A DNA stretch of 63,855 nucleotides, the filler included. It is 4 parts of 4 records of this genome, joined end to end, with 100 filler letters (N's around TTAATTAATTAA, not from the genome) between each part and the next. Parts side by side here need not be neighbours in the genome. Positions count along the whole stretch, not along the records: positions 1 to 30,726 come from DRR378314_925; 3 more parts are not named here. The stretch is one strand, 5' to 3'. Of this stretch, positions 1-12,278 are shown in pieces (positions within the stretch are counted from its first letter, which is position 1; each line of letters starts with the position of its first letter). A program made the position numbers and the translations under genes. The notes below the pieces were generated by a model, which had not been told where the DNA came from, searched no databases, and was given only the letters and a program-made list of their open reading frames with translations.

Positions 1-43
1 ACAAACAAACAAACAAACAAACAATACAATACAATACAATACA
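1..43. repeat. Microsatellite (ACAA)n followed by (TACAA)n at contig start
   Basis: Directly visible tandem repeats. They probably lie in an intron of the KAP NTPase gene and caused the assembly break. Confidence 0.9.
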
Positions 44-190
44 TAAAGCAAACAACCCAAAATACCCAACACAAGCAAACCGCAGTACGCCTCACACAAA
101 GCGCACAAAGGCAGCATGCACAGCAGAGCAACTTCAGCGTCACAAGTTCCACTCTCAACAGTTGCTCTCAACCTTGTCTCGAGCACCGTA

Positions 191-3100
191 CCTGACTAAG
201 ACTGCGAAGAATCTGAATTTCTGAAGCGGCAAGATAGGACTCGCGTAGCTCAACAAACCGCTTCCAGTCTGGGTCCTCCTCAGTCCTTTTATTCTTCAGC
301 TTCTGCATTTCATACCCGCTCTCCTTGTTGTCCAGTAGAGGATCCGATTCACCTGCCAAAAATTCATCCGAGGGAAACAGTCACGATAGCGTGAACACTA
401 TCGTCCAGAGGTAGCGCTGTCGCGCAAAGCAAGCGCACGATAGGCAGCACAACGCACACACAATCGCACACACACGCACTTGCGTGGTTGCGCGATGCGC
501 TCATCCACAGGCACTTCGCAGGCTACAGATGGTGGGCTTTGTACAACCCGTGCACCCGGTAGCGTGTGCCATGGCGCCTCGCGTTCCTCGTAGCAGCGCG
601 GACACGCAGAAAACGTGCTGCCACTGATGTCATCTATTTAGGGCACAAGCCGATCGCCAAAACCCGAAACCTCGTACCAAACGCAGTGATACGAAATCGG
701 GGCGTCCCTCGATACCTGTCATACTCTGAACAGCAAGACTCACTGCAATGTGATCACATGCACTCCAGCAGCGTCCGCACTCCATGACCCGCAGAGGTGC
801 TGCAGAGCGGCTGCTTGGCGCCGCATGTCGTACCTTCTTCGTTGAACATGAGCAGGACAGGCTCGGTGTCATCCACCGTAGACTGCGAGCGCAGGCCCTG
901 GTGAATCTGTTTCTTTGCCGTTGTGATGCGGATGATCGCGCGTTTGATATCGAGCTGCTGTCGCTTGGAGCGCTTCTTTTGCGCGATGAATTCATCGCGC
1001 AAAACGCGGAACATGGACTGTGCCGGATCGGCGCGCGGTACCGTTATCTCGGCGCGCGCGCTGCTGTTGAGCACAAACGCCACTTCAACGGTGTCTTGCG
1101 GCTGCACAATCCCGACACAGTGACAAGCCGCAGCGGAAAGCCAGCGAAACAAGCAAGGTTATCTTACAAATTCACATCATGCGATCATGGACAAGCCTGC
1201 TCAGATCAGGTATATGAGCTGGTACGTAACGGATGCAGCACTTCGTGTAGCCGTACCTGGATGGGGAAACCGACGTCCTTGGCAACTTCGCGCAGCGACT
1301 GTTCCCAGAAAAAGAAACCGCCGGCACGGAACGTATCGTCCTGCAATATCCCATGGCAAAATATTGAAGTAGTACCTTGTTATGTAGGGCTGTACCACAA
1401 TGAGCCACATCATACACAACTTCAGAATCGGCTAGCCAGCTTAGCAGTTCCAAAGGCAAAAAAGAAACGAGAGAGTATACGATGCAAGTCCAAGCGCTCG
1501 GAATCCGCCGAGAGAGAAGGGGAAGTTCTCATATCGCCACTCTTGGCAGTCGCTTGAATTATGACGGCCAAACTCTTATCGTTCACTGATGCATAGCATG
1601 CTTCCCTCCATATCATGCTCAGCCATAATAAAGAAATGTTTCGTGCGTAGATAATACGAAGGGCGAGAGAGCGTCGCCCCAATCGTACTTTCCGCACTGT
1701 GTTCGCAGACAGTCTCCGCAAGGTTGGCCGGCCTTTGCCTGCTAGAGCAAACGCGCTCGTGCGCGCCAGCAACTTGGCACGCATCACTGGCAGAGCAGAC
1801 AAACTCTGGAAGCGATAGAAAACCAAATAGTGGTATATCTGGCTTATGGCAGCGCGACACACGGTTACTTCTGCGCCGTTGCCTGCAAACTCGCCTTGTA
1901 CAGAGAGACGAGTGTTCCGTGCGAGACTGCATCAACGTAGTGCCGGTACGCTTCCGGCGGCGCCGACGGAATCGCAAACGGAATCTGCACGATCCTGTCC
2001 CGCCAATTAGCGCATTACGAACAGAGTTAAGAGTATTGCTTGTAAAGTGAGCGCGAGTTTTCTTTACATCACTGGAGAGAATGGTGTCGCATAGGGTGTT
2101 CATGCCGTCGTTCTCGCTATACATCGCCTCGACCACTACGCAGGATGAATGGTTTCATACAGAGGTACATGCACGCAAAATCATCCGCCCCGCATGACGA
2201 GAGCCAATACCGGCAATCTACTTAACATCAATCGGTAGAGTTTTGCTGGAACGTGTCACTGTATCAACGTTCAACAACGACGCAGTTGGGCAAACAAATC
2301 AGTGTGCACCAACGCAAAGTGTCTGCACAAATAAACGAAGCGCGCATACGTGCTGCTATGGCAGAGTGACAAATGAAAACGGAGAACCAAACGCTTCACC
2401 GACAAAGAAGTCAGCAACTTTCTGATCTACGACGAAAACATTAGAATCTGCGATGAAGAGCATCACAATGTGCGTCTACGCCCCCAACGCTGGCATAAAG
2501 AGCGCTGCGTGGCACACTGAAACGCAACTTGTCAAGATACTCGAACCCGGTGACGCCTGACTCCCGCAAAACGGCCCCAAACGTCTCCTCAATGGCTTTC
2601 GCCACAACCCGTGCGTCAATGGCGAGAAAAACGACACTGCATACTCAAAAAAGAGAAAAGAGCAAAGATAGAGAGAACACATGATACAACGCACATATCC
2701 GCGTCCAGTCAGAAAAAAATACATCATTCCGAGGAATAGCAGAAGAACTAGGCGTGCTCCAGCGTGCTAGTACATCAAGCATCACACGGCGCTGCTTGGC
2801 TTATACCGCTAAAACGGTACATGTACGAGTCACTCTCGACGTATTGGAGACAGAGAGGTGGTTTCTTAGCAACTATGAATATACAGTTCCAGCGCGTCTA
2901 CATCTCACTATAGTGCGGTAAAGATAAAACCCGAATCGCAACGCGACGGTAGTACGCTCTCAGGCGGATTCGAGCGCTTCTCGCCGCCATCGGACTTAAC
3001 AAAGGACGCCTCATGTTTACTGGAGGAGCCAATGGTTTCTCGTTTAACGTACAAGGGCAGATCTTTGTATGTAACGGAATCTTCCTTTTTCGCAATGGTG

Positions 3101-6100
3101 TCGTCCTCCGTGAGAAGAAGGATCAGTGCTTCGAGAACTTCGACTGCCTTCTCGCGAGGACAGCGATCTAGGTCGTCGATGAATAGGACAACGCGAACCT
3201 TTACCAAACCGAAAGCACGCAGCAGATGCAGAAACAGAAGAGGAATGGCAGAAACTAAGCAGGTGGCATCGTTTGATCGCAAAAAGAGAATCAAAAAATA
3301 TAAACAGGACGCTTACGATCAACTGCCTTTCTCCACATGGTAAAATACATGACCAAGGACGTGCGCAAGGAGAGCTCGCGCACCGCCTTTGCATGTGTGC
3401 AAGGCTTCCTACCAAGACGTTGCTGTTCCAACTGTAAACACAAAAAAATATGCCGTGCAACGCCATGGAGTTATGCGCCCTTGGTATCAAACAAATATAC
3501 ACAGTGACACTTTCAGGACGTGCCGTGATCTCGAGCAAGGAGGCGAAAGAGCAATGCTTCTACCAAGACACAGGGAACGAGAGGAGCAACGTCGCTGCAG
3601 CGCACGAAAAGTGCCTCACAATGCGTGGCAACATGCGGAGACTAAAATGCAGCGTAGAGCAAAACCAAAAGTGCGTCAAGGGTGCCAGTTGTGTTTTGCT
3701 TCGATACCACACACTGAGGGTGCGGTACTTTGCGATGGCGTGCACGCGTGTGCAACTGTGTGGCGCAGGCTGAGTTCACACCTCACGGTCGTCGGCACGG
3801 ATGTGCTTCACCTGGTCAATCATGTTCGCCAGTTCCGATTTCACTTCGGCGAGGAACCCGATCTGCAGATTTCGATGGAGCCAAATCGCAAAGCAGCGCA
3901 GAAACATAGGAAGTTCAGCCGTAACGGCAACCACTACTTTCCCAGAGCGTAGACATGGTAACCATGATGTAAACCGAACCCCCCAACGAAACATGAATGC
4001 TATATTTTTCGTCAACTGTGCCTTTGTTCGTGTCTTGCCCACGGAATATACGGCTGGAAAGCGGCTGCGTATCCAGTGGCAGGCGATCATACGTCAGCAG
4101 ACCTTATCCATGACCGTTCCACTGCGAGTAAGCTTTCGCATTTGCACGCTTCTTGCGTTCGTCATGTGCGAGAAAAGAGCCTTGATGCTCTGAAGCGCGG
4201 GCATAAACGACGCTCCAAAGCTTGTCAGCATCACCAGAGATAAGAAGAGCGACAGGATCGTTGTCACGGACGACCCGGCGGATCCAGCTTCGCCGCGGAA
4301 GAATCCTGCAACGTTCGGCAGGAGCAGACGGGTTTCGAAGAGTGATAGTTATGTGATACGGGGGAGCATTACGAAATAAAAACGTATTTTTTGCCATTGC
4401 GATACCCGTTGGCAGCGCGGCGCGGTGCGATCCGGCTACTATTTGCCGCGGTGGCCGCGGCATTTAGGCGCTCTCGCAGGCTCGTACCTTCGTTGTCCAG
4501 CGTTTCGTACGCGAAGTAGAACACAAACGCAATAATTGCGTAGAGAATGAGCAGGCCTCCAATGTACCAGAGGTCATGCTTCAACTTGTGCAGGCGAATG
4601 ATCAACGCGCGCACCCATCTGCACGACGAGCAGTCAACGCCACATTTTTAGGAAACGCTCAGAAGTGAGATAGGCTACGATGCGAGTACACCATGCCATG
4701 AGGAGCACTGGACGGAGAGCGAGGGGATACCGTGTGCGGTTGGAACGTGTGATTCCCTCTTCCCGCCCCTTTCAGGTACGCGAGAGGCGAGCCGAGCAGC
4801 AACAATGCAGTGCAGCAGGCATGGGCTCTCAGTAGCCATCTCGCTCACCCCGCATTCATGGCCACTTTCCGTCGCGACGATCTCAAACTGAAGGCAAGGC
4901 AACGAATACCACAGCATCATATCGCGTGGTGTAGTACTTGCGCAGTGGTTTGGTGGTGCGATAGAAGCTGCTAGGCTAATTCAGTATTCTGTCAGCATGC
5001 AGCAGAGCTAAATCGGGTCCCGTCGCTCACTTGACCAGTCTCTGCGGGGGGAGGCAAGCCTCATCCGAATCCGAAAACAACAACAAACCGACTCTTCATT
5101 TGCGACAATGTGGCATCTTCCGTACCACTCGCAAGGGGTTCTACACAACGTAAAGATGTCCCGTGAATCCGCCTGACACGTGCTTTTCTTCGGGCAGCAA
5201 AATCGTACGCACAAATCTAGGTGCATTCAATAGTATCAGTTGGCAACACGTACCCGACTTCGCGCTCGATCGACGAGTACAGCTTCGCAATCAACCCAGC
5301 CCAGCTGCAAGCACAAAGTGCCACAAGGAGCACACCGCGGCGTTATTTTACAATCTCATACAGAAAGTATTTCACTTCTCCACCGCGATTGTTTCCTTCT
5401 CCTCTGCATACCTTTTGTTTAAATATTCTCACATAGAGGAAGTCGGAGGTTACTGTACTCTCGTTCGCGAACAAATGCTATTCTTTCTCCCATGTACCTA
5501 CCAGACTTGCGCCATGCAAAACCGCTGTGCAGAGAGAATGAATGAATGAATGAATCAATGAATCAATGAATAAAAGTATTGCGGCACCCTGTCGGCAAAC
5601 GGCGTACGCATCGCACATACATTGCGAAACATACATATTATCCGATCCACCAAATTGCCAAGCGTTGAAGTGGGCCATGACAAAATACGGCTTCGGCGTA
5701 TTTCTTACGGAATTTATCGACACAAATCCATCCTGCGCTCCATTGCAGATCCGGCAGCAGAAAGACGCGCCAGTTGCATAAGAACGGCATCGTATCGACA
5801 GCAGGGGGCCAGGGTAAACGACAGAGAGTGAGATTATACAACTCAAACATATATGTGGTTTTGCACCACGCAGATTAATGGTCAAAAAGTAGTTTGATAA
5901 GCTCTTTCGGGAAATGTAGATCCCTGTCGAAGTGCTACGGAGTCGCATTTCCGCCGTAGGATGAATCGACTCAGGAGCATTGCGTTGCGCTATTCCTATG
6001 TTCTCTTACACAAGCGAAGAAGCGTACAGTGCCGATGACGGCACATCACCGCTCAGATAATGTTTTGCAAGTCTCACTTCATAGGAACGATTGCGCACGA

Positions 6101-7469
6101 GAAATATTTCCTCTGCAGGAATACGCAGTCCTCCGCGCGCTATCTGCACTAACTTCCACGCGAGAAAAGAAGTACAGCCCATATAGACCCGCCACCTGAG
6201 TGCAATCGGGTCTCAAATCAAGCAGAGAATTCGAGTGAACGAAGCAATAAAATACGCGCTCGTGCACGCAGTGGCAATTGTAAGTAAGGTGTCGAGTCAC
6301 TAGCGAAGTAGCTGTTCACAGGCACAAACCAGCAGAACACGAAGCAGGCGGGGTACGGTGGCAGAAACACAGACCGCAATAGTGTGTACCAAAACAAAGG
6401 TATTGAAGAAAAGGCGATCGGTCCCCGTTTGCAGGCATGAAACGCTTGGTACAATACCTTGATTTTGTTCATCAGGAATGATTTTCCGGATCCCCACGGC
6501 GCATAAATCCCGACGGTAAGCGGAAGGGAAAGGCTCGGCTTCGAAAGGAGCTTGACAAACGAATTCGCGTACGGCTACGCAATAGGTGCCGACACGACGG
6601 TTGCAAAAGCGAAGAAGCAGACATGTAGTCCAGCTGAGCAATCCAAACAGAGAAAGCCATGTATAATACATCGATATGGCGGAAAAACAAACAAACAAAC
6701 AAACAAAGCGGTACAAAGAACTCTCCGCCATGTTTCATCCTGGGCGGTAGCAAGGCCAAATCAGGACTGCAGTCCAAACAAAGAATGCACACACGCACGC
6801 TCGAGCAACGGTTCCCGCCGCACACTCTTGGCACTCTTCGCAGTATCAATGCAAATAGACGAACAAAGGACAAATCATTGCAAGAAATTACAAATGAATC
6901 TCACTCGCGCGCACCTGGTACCCAAGAAGATCTGGGCCTTCGGGCTTGTCCGGGTGTGCAACGCCGTCACGGCCGCGCGCCTCGAGAAATTCGTCGTCGT
7001 CTTCGTCGTCGTCCTCTTCGGCCGCCTGCTGCTGTACCTGCTCCGGAAAAGCAGCCTGAGCGAATGCTTGTGGAGCGCCCTTCTTCGAGGTTTTGGAAGG
7101 CGCCGCTTTCTTGGAAGCGATCTTGGATTTCGCCATCGGAGCCGCTTTCTTCGCAACAGGTGGGTCGATGTTCACTCCTGCACAGTCGTTCGCAGAGCAC
7201 AGACCAGCGCCGACGTCACGCCGTTAGCACAAGCGAGCGGCTGCAGCCATCTCATTGTGGGGCCAATGGTCGCCTCGCGCCACCTTACCTAGATCATCTT
7301 CATCAAAGTCACTTTCTTCACTCAAGCGGAAGTCGTTGCCATCGTAGCCGGATTGAATATTTGTTGGCAGCGGCGGGGGAGAAGGAACGCTCGACGACGG
7401 AGCAGCCTTGGAAGCAAAGCTGGAAACGCTGAACGAGCTCTTGCCCTTTTTCTTTTTCATGCCCGCCAT
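191..7469 (-). CDS. KAP-family P-loop NTPase (NKPD1/Kidins220-like), multi-exon, 3' partial
   Basis: Spliced exons give DKPEGPDLLGYQ|PYANSFVKLLSKPSLSLPLTVGIYAPWGSGKSFLMNKIK (Walker A at 6479-6502), FNAWQFGGSDN..WAGLIAKLYSSIE, a TM exon (4369-4614), QIGFLAEVKSEL and Walker B VVLFIDDLDRC (~3160-3195). ATG at 7469 (MAGMKKKK). The gene appears to run off the contig start, and the downstream exons are uncertain. Confidence 0.85.
5537..5571. repeat. Imperfect (AATG)n microsatellite, intronic
   Basis: aatgaatgaatgaatgaatcaatgaatcaatgaat is visible in the sequence. Confidence 0.8.
6685..6707. repeat. (AAAC)n microsatellite, intronic
   Basis: About five tandem AAAC units. Confidence 0.8.
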
Positions 7470-8592
7470 CGCGACGGGACAATAGCTGCACCGCACAAAA
7501 AAGGAAGAAGAAAGACGAGGTTACACTTCTGTGAATTCTATGGAAACTGGCAGTACCGTGTGCGAGAGAGAAAGGAAGGAGTACGCTGCTTCAGTTGTCG
7601 GCAACGCAGCTCCGGCGGCCAGCAAGGCGGCGCAAGGGGAAAGCGGGAGGAAGACTCTACTAACACAGCTCCGACCGGAAGCCCAGCTCTGGCAACACAA
7701 GAGCAGCGCACGGACACATTTGGTTCTCTCTGCGTTCACATCACTCTTACGGCTACACATCGCCAATGTCATTATGTTCGATTTCAGTTTTCGATATAGC
7801 GTAGACACGGAAGAATCGCAGAGTGGAGATGCGGTCTGTAGAGGCGTCTGGGAGAGTTCGCAGCGCCGAGCAGCGCCACCCGCGCTGGGAGTCCTGTGGC
7901 AAACCTCTCCGCAGCGTATCCTGCAGCTCTCTGCGGAACCCACCGCGCATATGCACGAGGCTCATTAATTGCACTGCCTATTGGTCGATGGTACCTTGGG
8001 AAATGATCGGATTCCTGCCGTGGAAACCTGTGAGGGTTCGCTTAAGTAACGGGAGAACCGTGACAAGTAGTAGCAGGAGATGATAGCGCGCGCACAGCCT
8101 GCCTCAAGCGATGATAAGCGACCGACGTGTAGCGTTCAGCCGTGCTTCGTGCACTACATATCACTCGGCCACAGATAACCTTAAAGGATTGAAGATTGTG
8201 TAGCATATCTCTATCCCGACCTGTGTTGTGATTTCCAAATATTGTTGCAAATAGCAAATCCGGTCATCCATAGGTAAGCTCCTGTGGATTTGTCGCGCAG
8301 AGCCGAGTATCGCTGCGCCGCCGCCACCGCGTTTGTGAAGCTGTGCATCAGATTGTGCGGCTGCGCCTGTTAAGACTGCGTCAGCGAATGAGTGTTGGAA
8401 GTGGGATGTGTGAGGCGCTGCGACGGAGAATCACCGAGTAGGAACCGGTTGCTCTGTGAGGGAGTTGTGCGCGTTTGGCTCGGCGACCGCACGGCGCGCA
8501 GTGCGTGGCGACAGTGCTTGCGTAGCGCGCCGTCAAAGCCGTGCTGTTTGAATCCTTTCCAGACTCATCGCCACACTGAAATAAGTCCACCA

Positions 8593-9910
8593 ATGGACAA
8601 GAGACAGTGCGAGGTCGAGGATGTGGATGGCATTGACCCCGACAATGAGTTTCACCGCTCGTCTCCGGCTCCGCGGCGAATGTTTGGCTATGAATGGGCA
8701 GGTGGCTATGTTGCACCTTCTGGATACTATTCGCCCGAAGGGGATATTGACAGGTGCGCACACGCTGACGTTGGTTCTGACGGTGCTGAGAATGCAGGCG
8801 TATCACTGACTTTCTTTCCTACTAGCCCAACTTGAGATGATTCTCTCATTTCCATATGTGGCGGGTGCTGGTGAACAACGTTATTTGCGATGCTGTACTT
8901 CCCTCTTCTTTCCAGGATTGTTTCCATAGTGCGGAACCTGCTGCCATCGCTCGGGCAAGCACGGGCTCACTTTGCCGACCTTGGTACGCTCGCCACACTG
9001 CTTTGAAGATGCATGCACATTTGCAGGACATTGTGGTAACATATTTTTAAGTCATTTTTATGCCACTGATTTCTTTATTTGGAACGCGTTGTAAGAGTTT
9101 GAAGGGATTCATATCCTCTCCCTTTGACGCGCAACACGTGGTTCGCCGTGGCGACGCCTCACGCGTCTCTCGCTCGTCGTCGTTGTGCAGGATGCGGCGA
9201 CGGACGCGTCACGCTTGCCGTGGCAAGCAAACTCCAAATGAAAGCGACTGGAATTGATATAAGTCCTACTGAGATCGAGAGTGCACAAAAGCAAGTCGAT
9301 ATAATGAAGCTCGGACAGCTCGTTTCTTTCCGGTATGCGACTGCCTGGAAGCGTGTGTTGTCGGCGTGATACACGGATGGTTTCCGCTGCTTGGGCGTAC
9401 AACCGGCAAAGCGGTTCTTCCCGCGCTCAGAGAAGGAGCTTCAATAGTATCTCGAATGATACAAGTCATATGGTTAGAATCAGTACCCATTTCTGGTCGG
9501 CTCACACTAATCGTGGTTCGTCGGTGCTTCGTGCGCCCTTTCGGCCTGTGGGGAGCTAGAATGAAGGCGCCCACGTCGGCCGTCAGTTGTCACGCACTGC
9601 TGACGCGTTCGCCACCTCGTTCTCACAATGGATGTGCACTGCCTGTGACCTCTTCTCCCTGCGCAGGAATGAGGACGTATTTGATGCTGACCTAAACGAA
9701 TTCAACATTGTGTATACATATTTACTGCAGCCTGGTCTCGATCGTGTACTCAGCCGTCTTGTGGCCTCGCAGCCGCCGGCAAGCCGACTGATTGTCATTT
9801 GTGCGGCGTGGGAGCCCACGGCATCGGTCGGTCTCTCTCAAACTGACTGCTATCTGGATACCGTTCGAAAACTGACGGTCTGGAGATTGTCAACGACGAA
9901 TGCAGACTGA
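8593..9910 (+). CDS. Class I SAM-dependent methyltransferase (FAM173/ANTKMT-like), 4 exons
   Basis: Exons join to GGYVAPSGYYSPEGDID-RIVSIVRNLLPSLGQARAHFADLG|CGDGRVTLAVA...ATGIDIS...EDVFDADLNEFNIVYTYLL. Motif I is DLGCGDGR, introns are GT-AG, and the stop is at 9908-9910. Confidence 0.8.
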
Positions 9911-10392
9911 TAGGCTTTGATAACTTGTAAATTGCAAGAATACAGATGAATCATAAGTGGTGCACCGGTTGCTGGCTTCAAGCGAGGAAGGTTCTGGCTG
10001 AGAATGCTTTGTGGCGTGCTTGGCTGCAACAGCAAGTGGTTTATCGTTTGTTCCTCCGTTTCCAATACACCGTTTTGTGGAAGCTGCCTGCGGCTACCAT
10101 TCCAGATTGCGCGTTCCACACCCTTGAAGCAACGCCACCTGATAAAATACCTGATCGCAACAAAGGGATCTGGAAATATAGGGAACGCTGGAGCGTCTAT
10201 GGTGAGAGTGGCGTGCTTGCAGCGCAGAGTAGCGTGGTTCGTGCCGGTTTGTTCGTCGCCCGCTCAAAAAACAAACGAACAAAACAAAACTGCGCCACGA
10301 CAGACTTTATTTTGTTACATACTGCAGCATTTGCATTACATCTTCACCTGTGCGAATTGAAGCACCCATTCATGGTATCGATCCTCCCAAAA

Positions 10393-11371
10393 TCAAGCCT
10401 GATGGCTGGCATCATCCTTTCCTGGGGAAGAATCAGGCGCTTTGTGGCGATGATGGCTCCCTCCGCAACCGCACTCGTCGTCGCTGGAGTCTGATTCCGA
10501 CGAGGATTCGTCGAACGCACGGCGCTTGTGGTAGATGCAGCATTCTACGCCAAAATACAAAAAAAAGGTGGGAATGCACGAGATTCCGCATTTGTCATGA
10601 ACGCACTTAGAAGATAAGAAAAAGTTGTCGCCCGCACTGTTCGCTACAGCGCGACGCATCAGGTGCAAACAGCAGCTGGGCGAATGGTGCACGCGAAACG
10701 TGCGCCCACCGGGAGATAGCGGGACCTCGCAAACGCGCGCGGCGCGCAGCCCTGCCCCACCCCTCAAAAGTATGTCGGCGACATACTTTTGGACTTTTTC
10801 TTTCCCAGATGCTCGTTGTCAATTACTCCATTTTGCCAGTGTACGTGATTTGCAGGTCGCGGAGGGAAGACGAGCGAAACGTGCTCCTCGTCTGTCCTGG
10901 CTTGAACTAGCGTTTGCGACGCTGCACGCTCGCACAGAGAAAAGCAGAGCTGCTGGTGAGCACGCGGGTACGCCAGCGCGGCTGCACATGCTCGTGCAAA
11001 TGCGCAAACAAGATCCGTTTCGTGCGGTGATTCGGACTTTTCAGTATCAATATGTACAGCGCCATCGGGCTTGCCTGGAAAAAACATATCGGTAAACAGG
11101 CAATATCATGCACTCTCGAGGCAAAGGAACCAACTGCGCACGACCCCCCAAACGAGAAGCCTGCCGTGTCCCTTTTGGGACAACGAGGAGCTTGTCACTT
11201 TCGAGCACTCGCTCTGCGATATATCCCATAGCACACGATGCAAGCCCGATGCACGTAGCATCACCCAATACTTCATCGCAGTACGCAAGTTCTCGCGTGC
11301 GCGAGAAAGTAAACCGCGCGAGTACCACCCGGCACACCTTCAGAGGCGTGAGCGTCTGTGCGGGCTGACAT
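10393..11371 (-). CDS. PPP1R11: Protein phosphatase 1 inhibitor-3 (Ypi1/PPP1R11 family), 3 exons
   Basis: Spliced: MSARTDAHASE|ASQTL...HVHWQNGVIDNEHLGKKKSK|KCCIYHKRRAFDESSSESDSSDDE. It has an RVxW-type PP1-docking motif and the DNEHxGKKxSKxCCIYHK signature. Exon phases are compatible. Confidence 0.9.
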
Positions 11372-11882
11372 TGCGTGCTGCGCTTCGTCGCTTCGAGCAG
11401 CCGTGCTTAGGCACAGGAAAGAAAGAAACCTCGACGGAGCTGTCCCTGGACCAGGCGCAGAGCCTGGCGATGCCAAACGCAAATCGAACAAAAGCTTACG
11501 TGTCAAGCTTGTTTCGCAGGGGTCCGAACGAACACTTTCACGCTCGGCCCTGGGCTTTGGCAAGAAAGACGAGTGGTGAAACACCTCCGGGTTCGCGGAG
11601 AGCCCAAGGAGTGATCTCGTGCTGCGGAACGCGAGCGCCTTCTCTCCCTATCGCGAAGCGTCGCGAGTCTTCTATTTCTGTATTCTACCGGAAAGTGGCT
11701 CAATTCGTGAATGCAAACACAGTTTTGGTATGCTACTTTGCAGTAGCACCGGGAAGGAACAATCCGGCAAGAACAAGGGGAAATTGTCAATACACACCCC
11801 TCGTACTTAACCGTTGCTTCTAAGTAAGGTTGCACTGCCTGCATCGATGAGTAGATATGATTGCAATAGCACATTTGTATGT

Positions 11883-12180
11883 CCAATCACGCGCCGGGGA
11901 TCCCGATTCGACTTTGGCGCGTGGAGTCTCGACGCGCGGAGTCAAGTTTTCTCTCTGGCGCGTTGTCACGTTTACCACGCGGTGGGTGCAGTTTCAAACT
12001 CGTTTCCCATAGCTCGAAGACTCTAAGCTTGATTCTAGCGATTTGGATACATACATTTTTTTTTCAGATCTGTCTGCGTATTTCGTCTCCGTGGCGGCGG
12101 CGCGTGTAGTTGCGGTCCAAAAGGGAGAGTTCAGCTCGTGCACCAACTGTTCCCGTGCCGTGCTTCGATTCGTTTCCCGC
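11883..12180. promoter_or_regulatory. Putative cell-cycle promoter elements in divergent promoter (E2F-like x2, CCAAT, CHR-like)
   Basis: TTTGGCGC at 11913-11920, TTTCCCGC at 12173-12180, CCAAT at 11883-11887 and TTCAAA (reverse TTTGAA) at 11993-11998. These are motif matches only. Confidence 0.3.
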
Positions 12181-12278
12181 GCGTTCGGCAGATTGCTCGC
12201 GGTAGCTGCTGCTTCGGCTGAAACAAGGAAAGTGCTTTCCTGGCCTTTCGTACCGGATTCAACGTTTTCCAAGAGAAA

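Noticed and set aside
7500..8590. Extra gene in the 1.1-kb region between the KAP NTPase and methyltransferase genes
   Set aside because: The ORFs there show no recognisable motif or consistent exon chain. It is more likely a divergent promoter or UTR.
10923..11337. Long N-terminal extension of Ypi1 using a GC-AG intron
   Set aside because: A simpler model (ATG 11371, phase-1 GT-AG intron to ~10922) gives a normal-sized inhibitor-3.
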